From an uncultured Gammaproteobacteria bacterium (GTDB lineage Bacteria > Pseudomonadota > Gammaproteobacteria > JACCXJ01), in NCBI GenBank assembly GCA_963764725.1, contig CAVXTM010000018.1, positions 416,001 through 480,000 of the forward strand: a stretch of 64,000 nt of DNA. The letters run 5' to 3'. The notes beneath the pieces were generated by a model, which worked only from the letters and a program-made list of their open reading frames with translations, made no database searches and had not been told where the DNA came from. This document shows positions 11,545-21,588 of the stretch, piece by piece; position 1 is the first letter of the stretch; the number at the start of each line of letters is the position of its first letter. The position numbers and the translations under genes were made by a program.

Positions 11545-12651
11545 ATGTTGTTAAACCGCTACCTCATCCGGGAGATCTTATTGTGGTTCGGGGCCGTGCA
11601 GCTCCTGCTATTACTCACCTACGCCAGCAGCCGCTTCGTGCAGTACCTGGCGACGGCTGCCGCCGGAAAAATCGACAGCGGACTGATCTTCGAGCTGCTG
11701 GCCTTAAAGATAGCGACCTCCTTGGTGCTGATGCTGCCCTTATGCCACTACATTAGCGTCTATGTCGCCTTGAACCGGCTGTCGCGCGACAACGAGCTTA
11801 TAGCCATCGCAAGTTTGGGCCTGGGCTCGCGGTTTCTTTTCGATACGGCGGCCAGGCTTGCCTTCACTGTGGCGTTCGTCGTCGCAATCCTCGCGCTCGC
11901 GGTCGCGCCGTGGGCAGAAGCGCGCTTGATTGAGGTGGAAAACCGGGCCAAATCGGAATCCGATCTGACCGGGATCACGCCGGGCCAATTCAAGAATTTC
12001 AATGAGGGTAACCGCATCCTTTATGTGGAGCGACTGTCTCCCGACAAGCGCAGCATGTCCAATGTGTTCCTGCAAGGGCGGCAAGACGGCCACCTCGGGG
12101 TGCTGTCCGCTGACCGAGCGGAAATCGAACTCGACCAGAAAACCGGATCTCGCTATGTGAACTTTTACGCCGGGCGCCGCTATATGGGCTCCCCGGGACG
12201 GCTCGATTATTCCATCGTCGAGTACGAGAAATACGGCGTGCGTATCGACCGCAGTGAGGCGGCGGATCGGAGCGCGAGCGTGAGCGCGGCGAGCACCGCA
12301 AGCTTGTGGTCGGCCAACCGGCCTGAGGCGGCCGCTGAGTTACAGTGGCGGATCGCAATGCCGATCAGCACCGTGCTGTTGACGCTCCTCGCGGTGGCGC
12401 TGGTGCGAGCGGCATCCGACCAGAACCGGATCCTCGGGCTCTTGACCGCGGTCTTGATTTATTTCACTTACAGCAATCTCTTGGGGATTGCGAAGTCCTT
12501 GGCCAAGCAGGGCGCCGTGCCTGTGTATCTGGGTTTATGGTGGGTGCATGCGCTCTTAGGTCTTGTGATCCTCGCGCTCCTTGGTTATCCGCTCCTGCGC
12601 AAGTGGTGGGCGCGGCGGCAACGAGCACCAACGCTAGTGCGGCTGAGCTGA
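11545..12651 (+). CDS. lptF: LPS export ABC permease LptF
   Basis: Start MLLNRYLIREI, 3 TM + periplasmic domain + 3 TM, AELQWRI motif, divergent from pepA. Confidence 0.92.
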   Translation: MLLNRYLIREILLWFGAVQLLLLLTYASSRFVQYLATAAAGKIDSGLIFELLALKIATSLVLMLPLCHYISVYVALNRLSRDNELIAIASLGLGSRFLFDTAARLAFTVAFVVAILALAVAPWAEARLIEVENRAKSESDLTGITPGQFKNFNEGNRILYVERLSPDKRSMSNVFLQGRQDGHLGVLSADRAEIELDQKTGSRYVNFYAGRRYMGSPGRLDYSIVEYEKYGVRIDRSEAADRSASVSAASTASLWSANRPEAAAELQWRIAMPISTVLLTLLAVALVRAASDQNRILGLLTAVLIYFTYSNLLGIAKSLAKQGAVPVYLGLWWVHALLGLVILALLGYPLLRKWWARRQRAPTLVRLS

Positions 12652-12690
12652 GGACCGGGTTGGCGTCCCATATCGGCGCGAGGCGTTGGC

Positions 12691-13599
12691 TTAGCTCACG
12701 CCGGCAAGGGTCCCGATGGATTGCCCCATCGTCACGGGCGTACCGGGTTGCAGGGTCTTCGACCAGCGGATCGCGCCTGGCCCAAGCAGCAAGATCACCG
12801 TAGACCCCATGTTAAAGCGGCCCATCTCCTCGCCCTTATTTAGTATCACCGGGCAGGATTCGGGTTGTTCGTAGACGCAGACACGATGCGCCGCCGTATG
12901 CATCGCGCCGGGTTCGCACCACACCAGGTCCATCGCGCCCACGAACATGGCACCTATCATGACCAGCGCAAGCGGGCCCGCATGGGTTTGGAACAGGCAA
13001 ACGATGCGCTCATTGCGGCTAAAGAGATCGTTTATCCCTCTGACCGTGCTGGGTTTCACCGGAAACAAGCGCCCCGGCACATGAACCGATCGGACCAGGC
13101 GCCCGGTGATTGGCATGTGTACTCGATGGTAGTCTTTCGGAGCTAAATACAAGGTGATGAAATGACCCCCCAAGAACGCTCCCGCCTCGCGGCTTGCCAG
13201 TAGTCCGGACACACTGTAGTGCTGGCCTTTGGCTTGGAGCAACCACTCGTCTCGGAGGTCGCCGAGTTGGGACACGCTACCGTCGACGGGGCACGCCAAG
13301 GAGCAAGGGCCGGGCGCGATCGGGCGCGCATCGGCTCGGAGCGCGCGGGTAAAGAAGCTATTGAATTCCGGATAGACGCGCGGATCGGATTCGGCCACGC
13401 TGTCCATATCGACCCCGTAACGGCGGATAAACCACCGAATTTGCCAATCTTTCCACGGGCGAAAACGTAGGCGCGTCGCAACCAGCATCAATCGCGACAA
13501 GGCGTGGTGAGGCAGCAGGTACAGCGGCCAGCAGTTAAGCCAGTTACGGGCCCATGACCCTGTTTCGATTGCCGTAACCGCCGCGCGTTCAACTTGCAT
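12691..13599 (-). CDS. psd: Phosphatidylserine decarboxylase proenzyme
   Basis: FNSFFTR, YLAPKDYHRVHMP, RNER, GRFNMGST self-cleavage motif. Confidence 0.96.
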   Translation of the reverse strand: MQVERAAVTAIETGSWARNWLNCWPLYLLPHHALSRLMLVATRLRFRPWKDWQIRWFIRRYGVDMDSVAESDPRVYPEFNSFFTRALRADARPIAPGPCSLACPVDGSVSQLGDLRDEWLLQAKGQHYSVSGLLASREAGAFLGGHFITLYLAPKDYHRVHMPITGRLVRSVHVPGRLFPVKPSTVRGINDLFSRNERIVCLFQTHAGPLALVMIGAMFVGAMDLVWCEPGAMHTAAHRVCVYEQPESCPVILNKGEEMGRFNMGSTVILLLGPGAIRWSKTLQPGTPVTMGQSIGTLAGVS

Positions 13600-13754
13600 G
13601 AGCGTGGTCCGTCTTTAACGTTAGATTTTCTGGCATTATAACCGTGCATCGCGCGAGCGAGACAGCGCGCGCCTACCGCGACGGGCATGGTTCAGCCACG
13701 GGGATTGACATGCGAAGCGCGAGCGTTTATCCGGTAACGTTGCGCCGTCCATGG

Positions 13755-13763
13755 TGCGGTGCA
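13755..13763. promoter_or_regulatory. Putative PhaR operator (TGC-N3-GCA) upstream of phaE
   Basis: TGCGGTGCA(ATAAT), downstream of a TTGACA at 13705-13710. Confidence 0.5.
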
Positions 13764-13822
13764 ATAATAGTGTGGCGAGGAATCGGAGAGTCTTTTTAAA
13801 CAAGATAAGGGTTGAGTGAACC

Positions 13823-15115
13823 ATGACTGACAGTAACCCCGTCTGGAACGACGATTGGATGACATCGCAGAAAAATTTTTGGGACGCCTGGTCACACATT
13901 CTAAGCCAATCCATGGAGCCATCGCTTAGCTCCCAAGCATTCGCTGTTCCGTGGACGGCAGCTTTGGATCTGTGGGCCAAGACCGCAGCGCCTTCCGCTC
14001 CGGCGGCTCGAGAGGATTTTTTTCAAAGTATTGTGCGGCAAGGAAGAACCTTTCTGCGACTCGGAGAGGAGCTCAGCAAACTGACACGCAACCTGGCCGA
14101 GGGCGCGCGAGCCGGAGCGAACTGGAAGGATGTGCTCGCGGCGAAGTTCAACGAACTGAAAGCGGGTTTCACTCACGGCAGTGCGTCCGACGTGACCAGC
14201 ACGCTGCGCGGTCTGCTACCTTTTTTCGAAATGCCGATGGACACCTGGGCGCGCATGTTCTCGAGCAACTCGTTGCTGCCCGGTGATTTCCTGCGGTCGA
14301 AATCCGAGGGTTTGGCCGGCGTCCCGGGCCAGATCCACGAACGCATGGATCAGTTCTTGTCGATCCCTGCGGTCGGTTATATGCGTGAATGGCAAGAGCA
14401 GACGCAGGGTGGCGTGCGTCTCACCATGGATTACCAACAGGCGCTGCAGGAATACGTGCATGCGCACGGACGGCTCGGCGTCGATGCACTCGAACGGCTG
14501 GCCGCCAAGATCATCGAACGCGCGGAGCAAGGCCGGGAAATCAATACCCTGCGAGAGGTCTATGATCTGTGGGTCGATTGTGGCGAAGAGGCGTACAACG
14601 CTCTTGTGTTCACGGAAGAATACGCGGACATTTACGCGCGGCTGGTCAACGCGCTAATGGCGTTGAAGCATCATAACCAGATCACCGTTGATGAAGTCGC
14701 AGGATCATTGAACTTGCCGACTCATCAAGAGATCACGACGCTGCAGCGGCGGCAGCAGGAGTTCCGGCGCGAGCTCGCGGGGTTCCGATCGCTGCTCGAT
14801 CCGAGCATGATGGAAGGAATGCAAGCGCCGTTAAGAGCGCAGGCAGAGGCGCTGAGCAGCCTCACGCAGTTGCGTACCCAAGGCGAAAGCATTGAGGACA
14901 TGAGAGAGAAGGTCACGGTGCTGGAACGCGACGTCGTCCGGTTGCTCAAGGAGCTGGCGTTGCTCCGCAACGGTACGGTACGCGAAGGCCGCGGCAAGCG
15001 AATCCCAGCGAAGAAGACGCCGTCCGCCGTGAGCGTGGTTGCCGCGGCCGGGCGGCCTAGGCCCACGCAGGCGGCGCGCGCCAGCGCTGCACAAAAGCGC
15101 GCCAAAGGAGACTAG
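13823..15115 (+). CDS. phaE: Class III PHA synthase subunit PhaE
   Basis: P.DTWARM, PAVGYMREWQ, LREVYDLWVDCGEEAY, LNLPT; directly upstream of phaC. Confidence 0.93.
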   Translation: MTDSNPVWNDDWMTSQKNFWDAWSHILSQSMEPSLSSQAFAVPWTAALDLWAKTAAPSAPAAREDFFQSIVRQGRTFLRLGEELSKLTRNLAEGARAGANWKDVLAAKFNELKAGFTHGSASDVTSTLRGLLPFFEMPMDTWARMFSSNSLLPGDFLRSKSEGLAGVPGQIHERMDQFLSIPAVGYMREWQEQTQGGVRLTMDYQQALQEYVHAHGRLGVDALERLAAKIIERAEQGREINTLREVYDLWVDCGEEAYNALVFTEEYADIYARLVNALMALKHHNQITVDEVAGSLNLPTHQEITTLQRRQQEFRRELAGFRSLLDPSMMEGMQAPLRAQAEALSSLTQLRTQGESIEDMREKVTVLERDVVRLLKELALLRNGTVREGRGKRIPAKKTPSAVSVVAAAGRPRPTQAARASAAQKRAKGD

Positions 15116-15118
15116 CTC

Positions 15119-16180
15119 ATGTTTCCATTTCAAATACGTCCCGATCAAGCTTTATCCGAAATCCAAGAGTTCGGGACTAAGCTCAGCCGAGGTTTACAAA
15201 CGCTGAACGAAATCGGTGATATCGACGTCGGGTGTACGGAAAAAGAGGCTATTTACACCGAAGACAAGCTCACGCTCTACCGGTTCAAGCCGCTCGTGGA
15301 GAAGCTGAACCCGGTGCCGGTGCTGATCGTATACGCACTTGTTAACCGCCCTTACATGGCGGATCTACAGAAGAACCGCTCGCTCGTGCGCGGACTTCTG
15401 GCGGGCGGCCTCGATGTCTATTTGATCGACTGGGGTTATCCCGATAGCGCCGATCGGTTTTTATCATTAAACGATTACATCAACGGTTATACCGATCGCT
15501 GTGTGGAGGTGCTCAGGAAACGGCATAGCCTGAACAAGATTAATCTCTTAGGGATCTGCCAGGGAGGAACGTTTAGCCTTTGCTATAGCGCGATGCATGC
15601 CGACAAAGTGAGGAATCTCATTACCACCGTGACACCGGTCGATTTCCACACGCCCCAGGATTTGCTCAGCCATTGGGTGCGGAAGGTAAACATCGATCTG
15701 CTGGCGGACACCATGGGTAATATCCCGGGCGAGATGCTGAACTGGACTTTTCTTTCGCTCAAACCGTTTCGGCTTTCGGGGCAAAAATACCTCGATATGG
15801 TCAACACCCTGGACGATCCGGTCCTGTGCAAGAATTTCATCCGCATGGAGAAGTGGATCTTCGATAGCCCCGACCAAGCGGGGGAAGCATTCCGGGAGTT
15901 TATCAAGCATTTTTATCAGAATAACGAGCTGATTAAAGGCGAGGTGATGATCGGTGAAAAGAACGTCGATCTCGAAAACATCACCATGCCGGTGCTCAAC
16001 ATCTTCGCCACCGACGACCACCTGGTCCCACCCGCCGCTTCGAAGGCGTTAAGGAAATACGTGGGAAGCGCGGATTATTCGGAGATCGAATTTCCCGGCG
16101 GACACATCGGGATCTACGTGAGCGGAAAAGCGCAGCAGATGATTCCCCCCTCGGTCGCGTCCTGGCTCGCCGCCCGGTAA
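15119..16180 (+). CDS. phaC: Class III PHA synthase subunit PhaC
   Basis: 353 aa; VYALVNRPY, lipase box GICQGG, DHLVPP, GGHIG. Confidence 0.97.
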   Translation: MFPFQIRPDQALSEIQEFGTKLSRGLQTLNEIGDIDVGCTEKEAIYTEDKLTLYRFKPLVEKLNPVPVLIVYALVNRPYMADLQKNRSLVRGLLAGGLDVYLIDWGYPDSADRFLSLNDYINGYTDRCVEVLRKRHSLNKINLLGICQGGTFSLCYSAMHADKVRNLITTVTPVDFHTPQDLLSHWVRKVNIDLLADTMGNIPGEMLNWTFLSLKPFRLSGQKYLDMVNTLDDPVLCKNFIRMEKWIFDSPDQAGEAFREFIKHFYQNNELIKGEVMIGEKNVDLENITMPVLNIFATDDHLVPPAASKALRKYVGSADYSEIEFPGGHIGIYVSGKAQQMIPPSVASWLAAR

Positions 16181-16211
16181 AAAACCCGATCCACCTTGCA
16201 GGGTGGATCGG
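16179..16211 (-). terminator. Intrinsic terminator between convergent phaC and phasin
   Basis: CCGATCCACC...GGTGGATCGG stem, followed by a T-run on the minus strand. Confidence 0.65.
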
Positions 16212-16250
16212 AGTCCGTGGAGGAAGGGTGATCTGGAAGGGCTAAGCGGT

Positions 16251-16619
16251 TTATTTCTTTACCGCGAGCGCGGCTTTCTTTACCGGCGCGGTTCCGTTCT
16301 CCTGGGTCTTCTCGAACCAAGCCGCCACCTCATCCTTGGAATCCGTCATGATCTCGGTGGTTTTACGCAGAGCGTCAAGCATCTTCTCATTGTATTCGGT
16401 TATGAGCTTGGTTTGGCCCGCCAAGAGATCCTTATAACCCTTCGATTCGGTCATCAAGGTGACGGCCTTGATACCGGTATCGACATAGGTGTTTACCAAG
16501 CCGAGTTGCTGTTCACCTATCTTCTCAAACGTCTTGGTGCTGATCTCGCCTAGCTCCTTTAGAGAAGCAAAGCAGGTGCTGCCAAACTGAGCCCAAGGCT
16601 CCACAGTTTCAAATTGCAT
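16251..16619 (-). CDS. phaP: Phasin (PHA granule protein)
   Basis: 122 aa amphipathic helical protein, S-L-K-E-L...E-K...QQ pattern, in PHA cluster, paralogous to its neighbour. Confidence 0.85.
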   Translation of the reverse strand: MQFETVEPWAQFGSTCFASLKELGEISTKTFEKIGEQQLGLVNTYVDTGIKAVTLMTESKGYKDLLAGQTKLITEYNEKMLDALRKTTEIMTDSKDEVAAWFEKTQENGTAPVKKAALAVKK

Positions 16620-16649
16620 AACGTTACCTCACGAAGTTTACCGACATTG

Positions 16650-16706
16650 TGCATCGCACATCGCAATGCTGCGTTGCATCATAGTGCGGCTAAACCTCAC
16701 TGTCAA
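16650..16706 (-). promoter_or_regulatory. Sigma70 promoter of the phasin with two adjacent PhaR-like boxes
   Basis: Minus strand TTGACA (16706-16701), 17 bp, TATGAT (16683-16678); TGCGTTGCA at 16670-16678 and TGCATCGCA at 16650-16658. Confidence 0.7.
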
Positions 16707-16791
16707 GTCGGAACAAGACACAAAAATTCAAACCTCGCTCACGACCGTGAGCACGACATTGCGTAACGCAATGCCAGATTTTTTTACGGGT

Positions 16792-17157
16792 CTATTTGCC
16801 CTTCACGGGTTTGCCGGCAAACGGCGCCACGGTTTTCTCCATGCCTCGTTCCGCCCACGCGCTCAGCTCATTCTTGCACTCGCTGAGTAGATCGTTGGTC
16901 CCGCGGACGATCTCGACGAACTTGGCACCGTATTCGGAGGCCAGAGCGGCTTGATGCTCCAGTAAGTCCTTCGGGTCCTTAGAGATGCTAAGCAAATTCA
17001 CTTCCTTGGCGCTTGCCTCGAGACAAGTGCTGAGGATTGCTTCCTGCTGCGCCGTCATTTTCTCCACTAGCTTGGCATTGATTGCACCAAGCTCTTTCAT
17101 GGACTCGAGGGCGCTTCTGCTCAGGGCGGCCCATTGGTCGATCATTTCTTGCTGCAT
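16792..17157 (-). CDS. phaP: Phasin paralog
   Basis: Starts MQQEMIDQW behind a GGAG SD; aligns without gaps to the other phasin (W9, S19, KELG, QQ, KDLL..Q). Confidence 0.85.
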   Translation of the reverse strand: MQQEMIDQWAALSRSALESMKELGAINAKLVEKMTAQQEAILSTCLEASAKEVNLLSISKDPKDLLEHQAALASEYGAKFVEIVRGTNDLLSECKNELSAWAERGMEKTVAPFAGKPVKGK

Positions 17158-17376
17158 ACACTTATCTCCTGGTATCAATCGTCATTGACGGTGGATAAGG
17201 CCGAAAGCCGGGGGGATTAAAAGCAGCTTACTGTGACGTGGCGTACCGGTCAACACGAGAAGACGAGGAAGCGCATGACATAGGCGAGACAGGCGCGGGA
17301 TGGTAGAATGCAAAAAACACGGCTTTTGCGGTGACAAAATGATCTTTATATCTACCGAAGAGTTAGAGGTTGGTTT

Positions 17377-19227
17377 ATGACGATAACACACGACGGAGCA
17401 AAGAGGACAAAAAACAAACGGCTTTTGCAATGGGTGGACGAGATTGCCGGCCTTTGCAATCCCGATCGCATCTATTGGTGTGATGGTTCCCAGAAGGAAT
17501 ACGATCGCTTATGCGAAGAGATGGTGCAAAAAGGAACCTTTATCCGCTTAAACCCGAAGAAGAGACCGAATAGCTTTCTCGCGCGTTCTCACCCGACCGA
17601 TGTTGCGCGCGTCGAGGACCGAACCTACATCTGCAGCGAAAAGCAGGAAAACGCCGGCCCCACGAATAACTGGATGGAGCCGCAAAAGATGCGGGGCATA
17701 CTCCGCGAATTATTCGAGGGCTGTATGCGCGGCCGCACGATGTATGTGATTCCCTTCAGCATGGGACCCATAGGTTCGCACATCTCCCATATCGGGGTTG
17801 AGATCAGCGATTCCGCCTATGTCGCGGTGAATCAGCGCATCATGACTCGCATGGGACAGACCGCTCTCGATGTGTTGGGGCCAGACGGCCACTTCGTGCC
17901 GTGCGTGCATTCGATCGGCGCACCCTTGCAGCCGCATCAGGAAGACACAGTGTGGCCGTGCAACGACACCAAATACATCACGCACTTTCCCGAAACGCGC
18001 GAAATCTGGTCATTCGGGAGCGGCTACGGCGGAAATGCCTTACTCGGTAAGAAGTGTTTCGCGCTGCGAATCGCATCGGTGATGGCGCGCGACCAAGGCT
18101 GGCTGGCCGAGCACATGCTGATCCTCGGCGTCGAATCCCCGGCCGGCGAGAAGACCTACGTGTCGGCAGCCTTTCCGAGCGCCTGTGGTAAGACAAACTT
18201 TGCGATGCTGATCCCGCCTAAGGCTTTGGATGGATGGAAAGTGACGACCATCGGGGATGATATCGCGTGGATCAAACCCGGGGCGGACGGCCGCTTTTAT
18301 GCCATTAATCCCGAAGCGGGGTATTTCGGCGTGGCGCCCGGCACGAACATGGATTCGAATCCCAATGCCATGTTAACCCTGAAAGAGAACTGCATTTACA
18401 GTAACGTCGCGCTGACCGACAACGGCGACGTTTGGTGGGAAGGGATGACGAAGGAGCCGCCCGCGCATCTCATCGATTGGAAAGGAAACGACTGGACACC
18501 CGGTAGCGGCACGCCGGCGGCGCATCCGAACGCGCGCTTCACGGCACCGGCCCATCAGTGCCCGTCGATCGATCCGAGTTGGGAGGACCCGAACGGCGTA
18601 CCCATCAGCGCCTTCATCTTCGGCGGGCGTATTAGTAAGAACTTCCCTCTGGTTCTGCAAGCATACGACTGGGAACATGGGGTCTATCTCGCGGCGACCA
18701 TGGGGTCGGAAGCGACCGCCGCCGCGGTAGGCCAGGCCGGGATGCGGCGCGATCCGATGGCGATGCTCCCGTTCTGCGGTTACAACATGGCGGATTACTG
18801 GAAGCATTGGCTGCGTATTGGCCGTCAGCGCGTCGCCACCCCGCCCTTGGTGTTCCGTGTCAACTGGTTCCGTAAAGATGACAAGGGCAAGTTCATCTGG
18901 CCGGGCTACGGTGAAAACATGCGCGCGCTGAAATGGGTGGTCGACCGCTGCCACGGGCGGGCGCGGGGCGTCGAGAGCCCCCTCGGGTGGGTGCCGCCGT
19001 TCGAGGAATTGGTCTTGGACGGTATCGAGTTTTCAAAGGATCGGTTCTACGAGATCATGAACATCGACCGGGAACGGGCGCGGCAGGAAGCGAACGATCA
19101 AGAGGAGCTGTTCACGCGTTTCGGAGATCATCTCCCGCGCGAAATGGAAATCGAGAGAGAGTTACTGCTATCGCGCCTCTATCACTCACCTACCGTTTGG
19201 GATTTGAGCTTCGCTAGCGCTACATAA
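17377..19227 (+). CDS. pckG: Phosphoenolpyruvate carboxykinase (GTP)
   Basis: [41 protein letters not shown]. Confidence 0.97.
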   Translation: MTITHDGAKRTKNKRLLQWVDEIAGLCNPDRIYWCDGSQKEYDRLCEEMVQKGTFIRLNPKKRPNSFLARSHPTDVARVEDRTYICSEKQENAGPTNNWMEPQKMRGILRELFEGCMRGRTMYVIPFSMGPIGSHISHIGVEISDSAYVAVNQRIMTRMGQTALDVLGPDGHFVPCVHSIGAPLQPHQEDTVWPCNDTKYITHFPETREIWSFGSGYGGNALLGKKCFALRIASVMARDQGWLAEHMLILGVESPAGEKTYVSAAFPSACGKTNFAMLIPPKALDGWKVTTIGDDIAWIKPGADGRFYAINPEAGYFGVAPGTNMDSNPNAMLTLKENCIYSNVALTDNGDVWWEGMTKEPPAHLIDWKGNDWTPGSGTPAAHPNARFTAPAHQCPSIDPSWEDPNGVPISAFIFGGRISKNFPLVLQAYDWEHGVYLAATMGSEATAAAVGQAGMRRDPMAMLPFCGYNMADYWKHWLRIGRQRVATPPLVFRVNWFRKDDKGKFIWPGYGENMRALKWVVDRCHGRARGVESPLGWVPPFEELVLDGIEFSKDRFYEIMNIDRERARQEANDQEELFTRFGDHLPREMEIERELLLSRLYHSPTVWDLSFASAT

Positions 19228-19283
19228 TAGGACGGACATCAGCAAGGCGCCCCAGAGGCCGCGCCTTTGGCTTCGGCGGGGCT

Positions 19284-20231
19284 TTACGCGGTTAACCGCC
19301 GGCCGTTGACCGCGATGTCGGTTCCAGTGATATACCCGCTCGTGTCCGCCGCGAGAAAGTCGACCACGGCGGCGATCTCATCAGGCTCACCCCATCGCCC
19401 CTTGGCTAGCTTCGCCTTAATCGCTTTGCGGATTTCATCCGGGATTTCCGCCACCATGCCGGTCGCGCCATGTCCGGGTGATACGGCATTAACGGTGATC
19501 CCCTGATCCCCTAGCTCCCGAGCCAGAGATTTGGTAAAACCCAGCATACCCGCCTTGGCGGCCGCAATGTCGGTTTGCCCAAATTGCCCTGGAGGCCCGT
19601 TAACCGAGGAGATATTGATTATCCGGCCGAAGTGCCGTTCCTCCATCGCCGCGATCACAGTACGCGTAACATTGAATACGCTGTCGAGATAGGTATCCAG
19701 AACTGTCTGCCAGTTCTCGTGTTTACTGTCGTTGCGGGTGATGCCGACGCAGTTGACCAAGATATCGACGTGACCGTAGCGACCTTCGATCCAGCTCGCC
19801 ATACTGGCGCAATCATCGCATCGCGCGACATCACACGCGACGATACCAAGTTCATAGCCGCCCCTACGTCTCGCCGCTTGCCATTGGCGCGCGGCAGCCG
19901 ATTCGTGACGAGGATACGTGGCGATGACTAAGAAACCCGCATCCGCGAGCCGCAGACAAATCGCCGTTCCGATGTTTCCAGTTCCGCCGGTGACTAAAGC
20001 TACTCGCCCGCCGTGCTGCAACCGGTGGTACGGGCGCAACTGCGTCCAGGCGTGGCGCAGCCCCGCGGCAGCCGCGGAAACGCTCCGATTCCACTCGTCC
20101 CGCTGACGTGTTGCTAAAGCATCGAGGGATTGCCCGAACGCCGTGGCGACCTGGACGCTCGAGGTGAACGCCCTGGTCCAGGCACGGCTCCATACTTCCA
20201 GAACTTTGAGTGACATCGTGTCGAGAAACAT
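19284..20231 (-). CDS. Degenerate acetoacetyl-CoA-reductase-like SDR with phasin-like N-terminal extension (alternative start 20216)
   Basis: Clear PhaB paralog ([36 protein letters not shown]), but YxxxK is replaced by IAAAK. Confidence 0.8.
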   Translation of the reverse strand: MFLDTMSLKVLEVWSRAWTRAFTSSVQVATAFGQSLDALATRQRDEWNRSVSAAAAGLRHAWTQLRPYHRLQHGGRVALVTGGTGNIGTAICLRLADAGFLVIATYPRHESAAARQWQAARRRGGYELGIVACDVARCDDCASMASWIEGRYGHVDILVNCVGITRNDSKHENWQTVLDTYLDSVFNVTRTVIAAMEERHFGRIINISSVNGPPGQFGQTDIAAAKAGMLGFTKSLARELGDQGITVNAVSPGHGATGMVAEIPDEIRKAIKAKLAKGRWGEPDEIAAVVDFLAADTSGYITGTDIAVNGRRLTA

Positions 20232-20292
20232 AGTGGTAACGCCTCCCGATTTTTCGTTAGTTTTCTGCGTCGATGGTTGAGCTTGAGGTTGA

Positions 20293-20826
20293 TTATTCTT
20301 GCTTCTTACCCGCCTCGCCTTCGCTCTCAGTGGGATTAGTCATGCCGGCGGCCCGGAACAAGCTGTCTTGCATTTTCTTGAAGACGTCCAGGTTTCGTTG
20401 GGTGATCTCTGTCAAGGCCGTGAGGGGATTGTTTTTAACAGCGTCGCTAATCTGCGTGTGGAATAGCTTCTGCTGTTCGGTAAACATCCCTAAGCTGCGT
20501 TCGATAAAATTGCCCGCTAAGCCTTGGACCGCGTCGCCGTAGAAACGGATAATTCGGAGGAGAGCATGGGTGGTGAACAACGGTTCCCCGTGGCCCTCTT
20601 CTTCGGTGATGATCTGCAGCAAGATGCTCCGGGTAATGTCTTCGCCGGTTTTTTGGTCGGTGACATAGAATTCAATTCCGGCCAACACTAGGGTCCGCAC
20701 ATCCGCGAGGGTGATGTACTTACTCTCGAAGGTGTCGTACAGGCGGCGATTCGGGTACTTTTTGATGACACGCTTGTCACCCGTCGCGGCACCCGTATCG
20801 CCGATGGAATTTGGATGCGTCGCCAT
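20293..20826 (-). CDS. phaR: PHA synthesis repressor PhaR
   Basis: IKKYPNRRLYDT...YITL...TGEDITRSILLQII; ATG at 20826 overlaps the phaB stop. Confidence 0.95.
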   Translation of the reverse strand: MATHPNSIGDTGAATGDKRVIKKYPNRRLYDTFESKYITLADVRTLVLAGIEFYVTDQKTGEDITRSILLQIITEEEGHGEPLFTTHALLRIIRFYGDAVQGLAGNFIERSLGMFTEQQKLFHTQISDAVKNNPLTALTEITQRNLDVFKKMQDSLFRAAGMTNPTESEGEAGKKQE

Positions 20827-21575
20827 CACATCATGTGCTGCCCGCCGTTGATGGAGAGATCGGCGCCGGTAATAAAACCGGCGCGGTCGGACACCAGAAA
20901 ATCGACTAAGTAAGCCACTTCTTCGGAAGTTCCTAAACGTCCCACGGGGATCTGGGCGATTATTTGATTGCGAATATTTTCCGGGACGGCCATCACCATC
21001 TCGGTGGCGATATATCCAGGTGAGACCGTGTTCACCGTGATCGCCTTGCGCGCGACTTCTTGCGCCAAGGACATGGTGAAACCGTGCATGCCGGCCTTGG
21101 ACGCCGTGTAGTTGCTTTGCCCGATCTGACCTTTCTGGCCGTTGATGGACGAGATATTGATGATCCGCCCGTGGCCACGGTCGATCATCCCCGAAATGAC
21201 GTGCCGCGTGACATTGAAGACACTGTCGAGGTTGGTCCGCAGGACCGTGTCCCATTGCTCTTTGCTCATCTTGCGTAGCGTCACATCCAGCGTGATGCCC
21301 GCGTTATTGACGAGGATATCGATGGGGCCCGGGTCTTTTTCGATCTCGCCGATCATCCAACCGCAGGCGTCGAAGTCCGTCACATCGACACGGTAGGCCT
21401 TAAAATCGTAGCCTTCGGCGCGCATCTCCGTCAACCACTTTTGGGCCTTTTGTTCATTGCGGTAATTGGTCGCGACCTTGGCGCCGGACACCGCAAGTTG
21501 TTTGCATATGGCCGCGCCGATCCCGCTCGTTCCCCCCGTGATCAGCGCTACGCGTCCGCTGAGATCTTTCGTCAT
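20826..21575 (-). CDS. phaB: Acetoacetyl-CoA reductase
   Basis: [30 protein letters not shown] with intact YxxxK. Confidence 0.96.
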   Translation of the reverse strand: MTKDLSGRVALITGGTSGIGAAICKQLAVSGAKVATNYRNEQKAQKWLTEMRAEGYDFKAYRVDVTDFDACGWMIGEIEKDPGPIDILVNNAGITLDVTLRKMSKEQWDTVLRTNLDSVFNVTRHVISGMIDRGHGRIINISSINGQKGQIGQSNYTASKAGMHGFTMSLAQEVARKAITVNTVSPGYIATEMVMAVPENIRNQIIAQIPVGRLGTSEEVAYLVDFLVSDRAGFITGADLSINGGQHMM

Positions 21576-21588
21576 TGGTCTTTCTCTT

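Noticed and set aside
20827-21255. ORF track extends phaR 143 aa upstream
   Set aside because: This is an alternate frame inside phaB; PhaR homology starts at the ATG at 20826, which overlaps the phaB stop.
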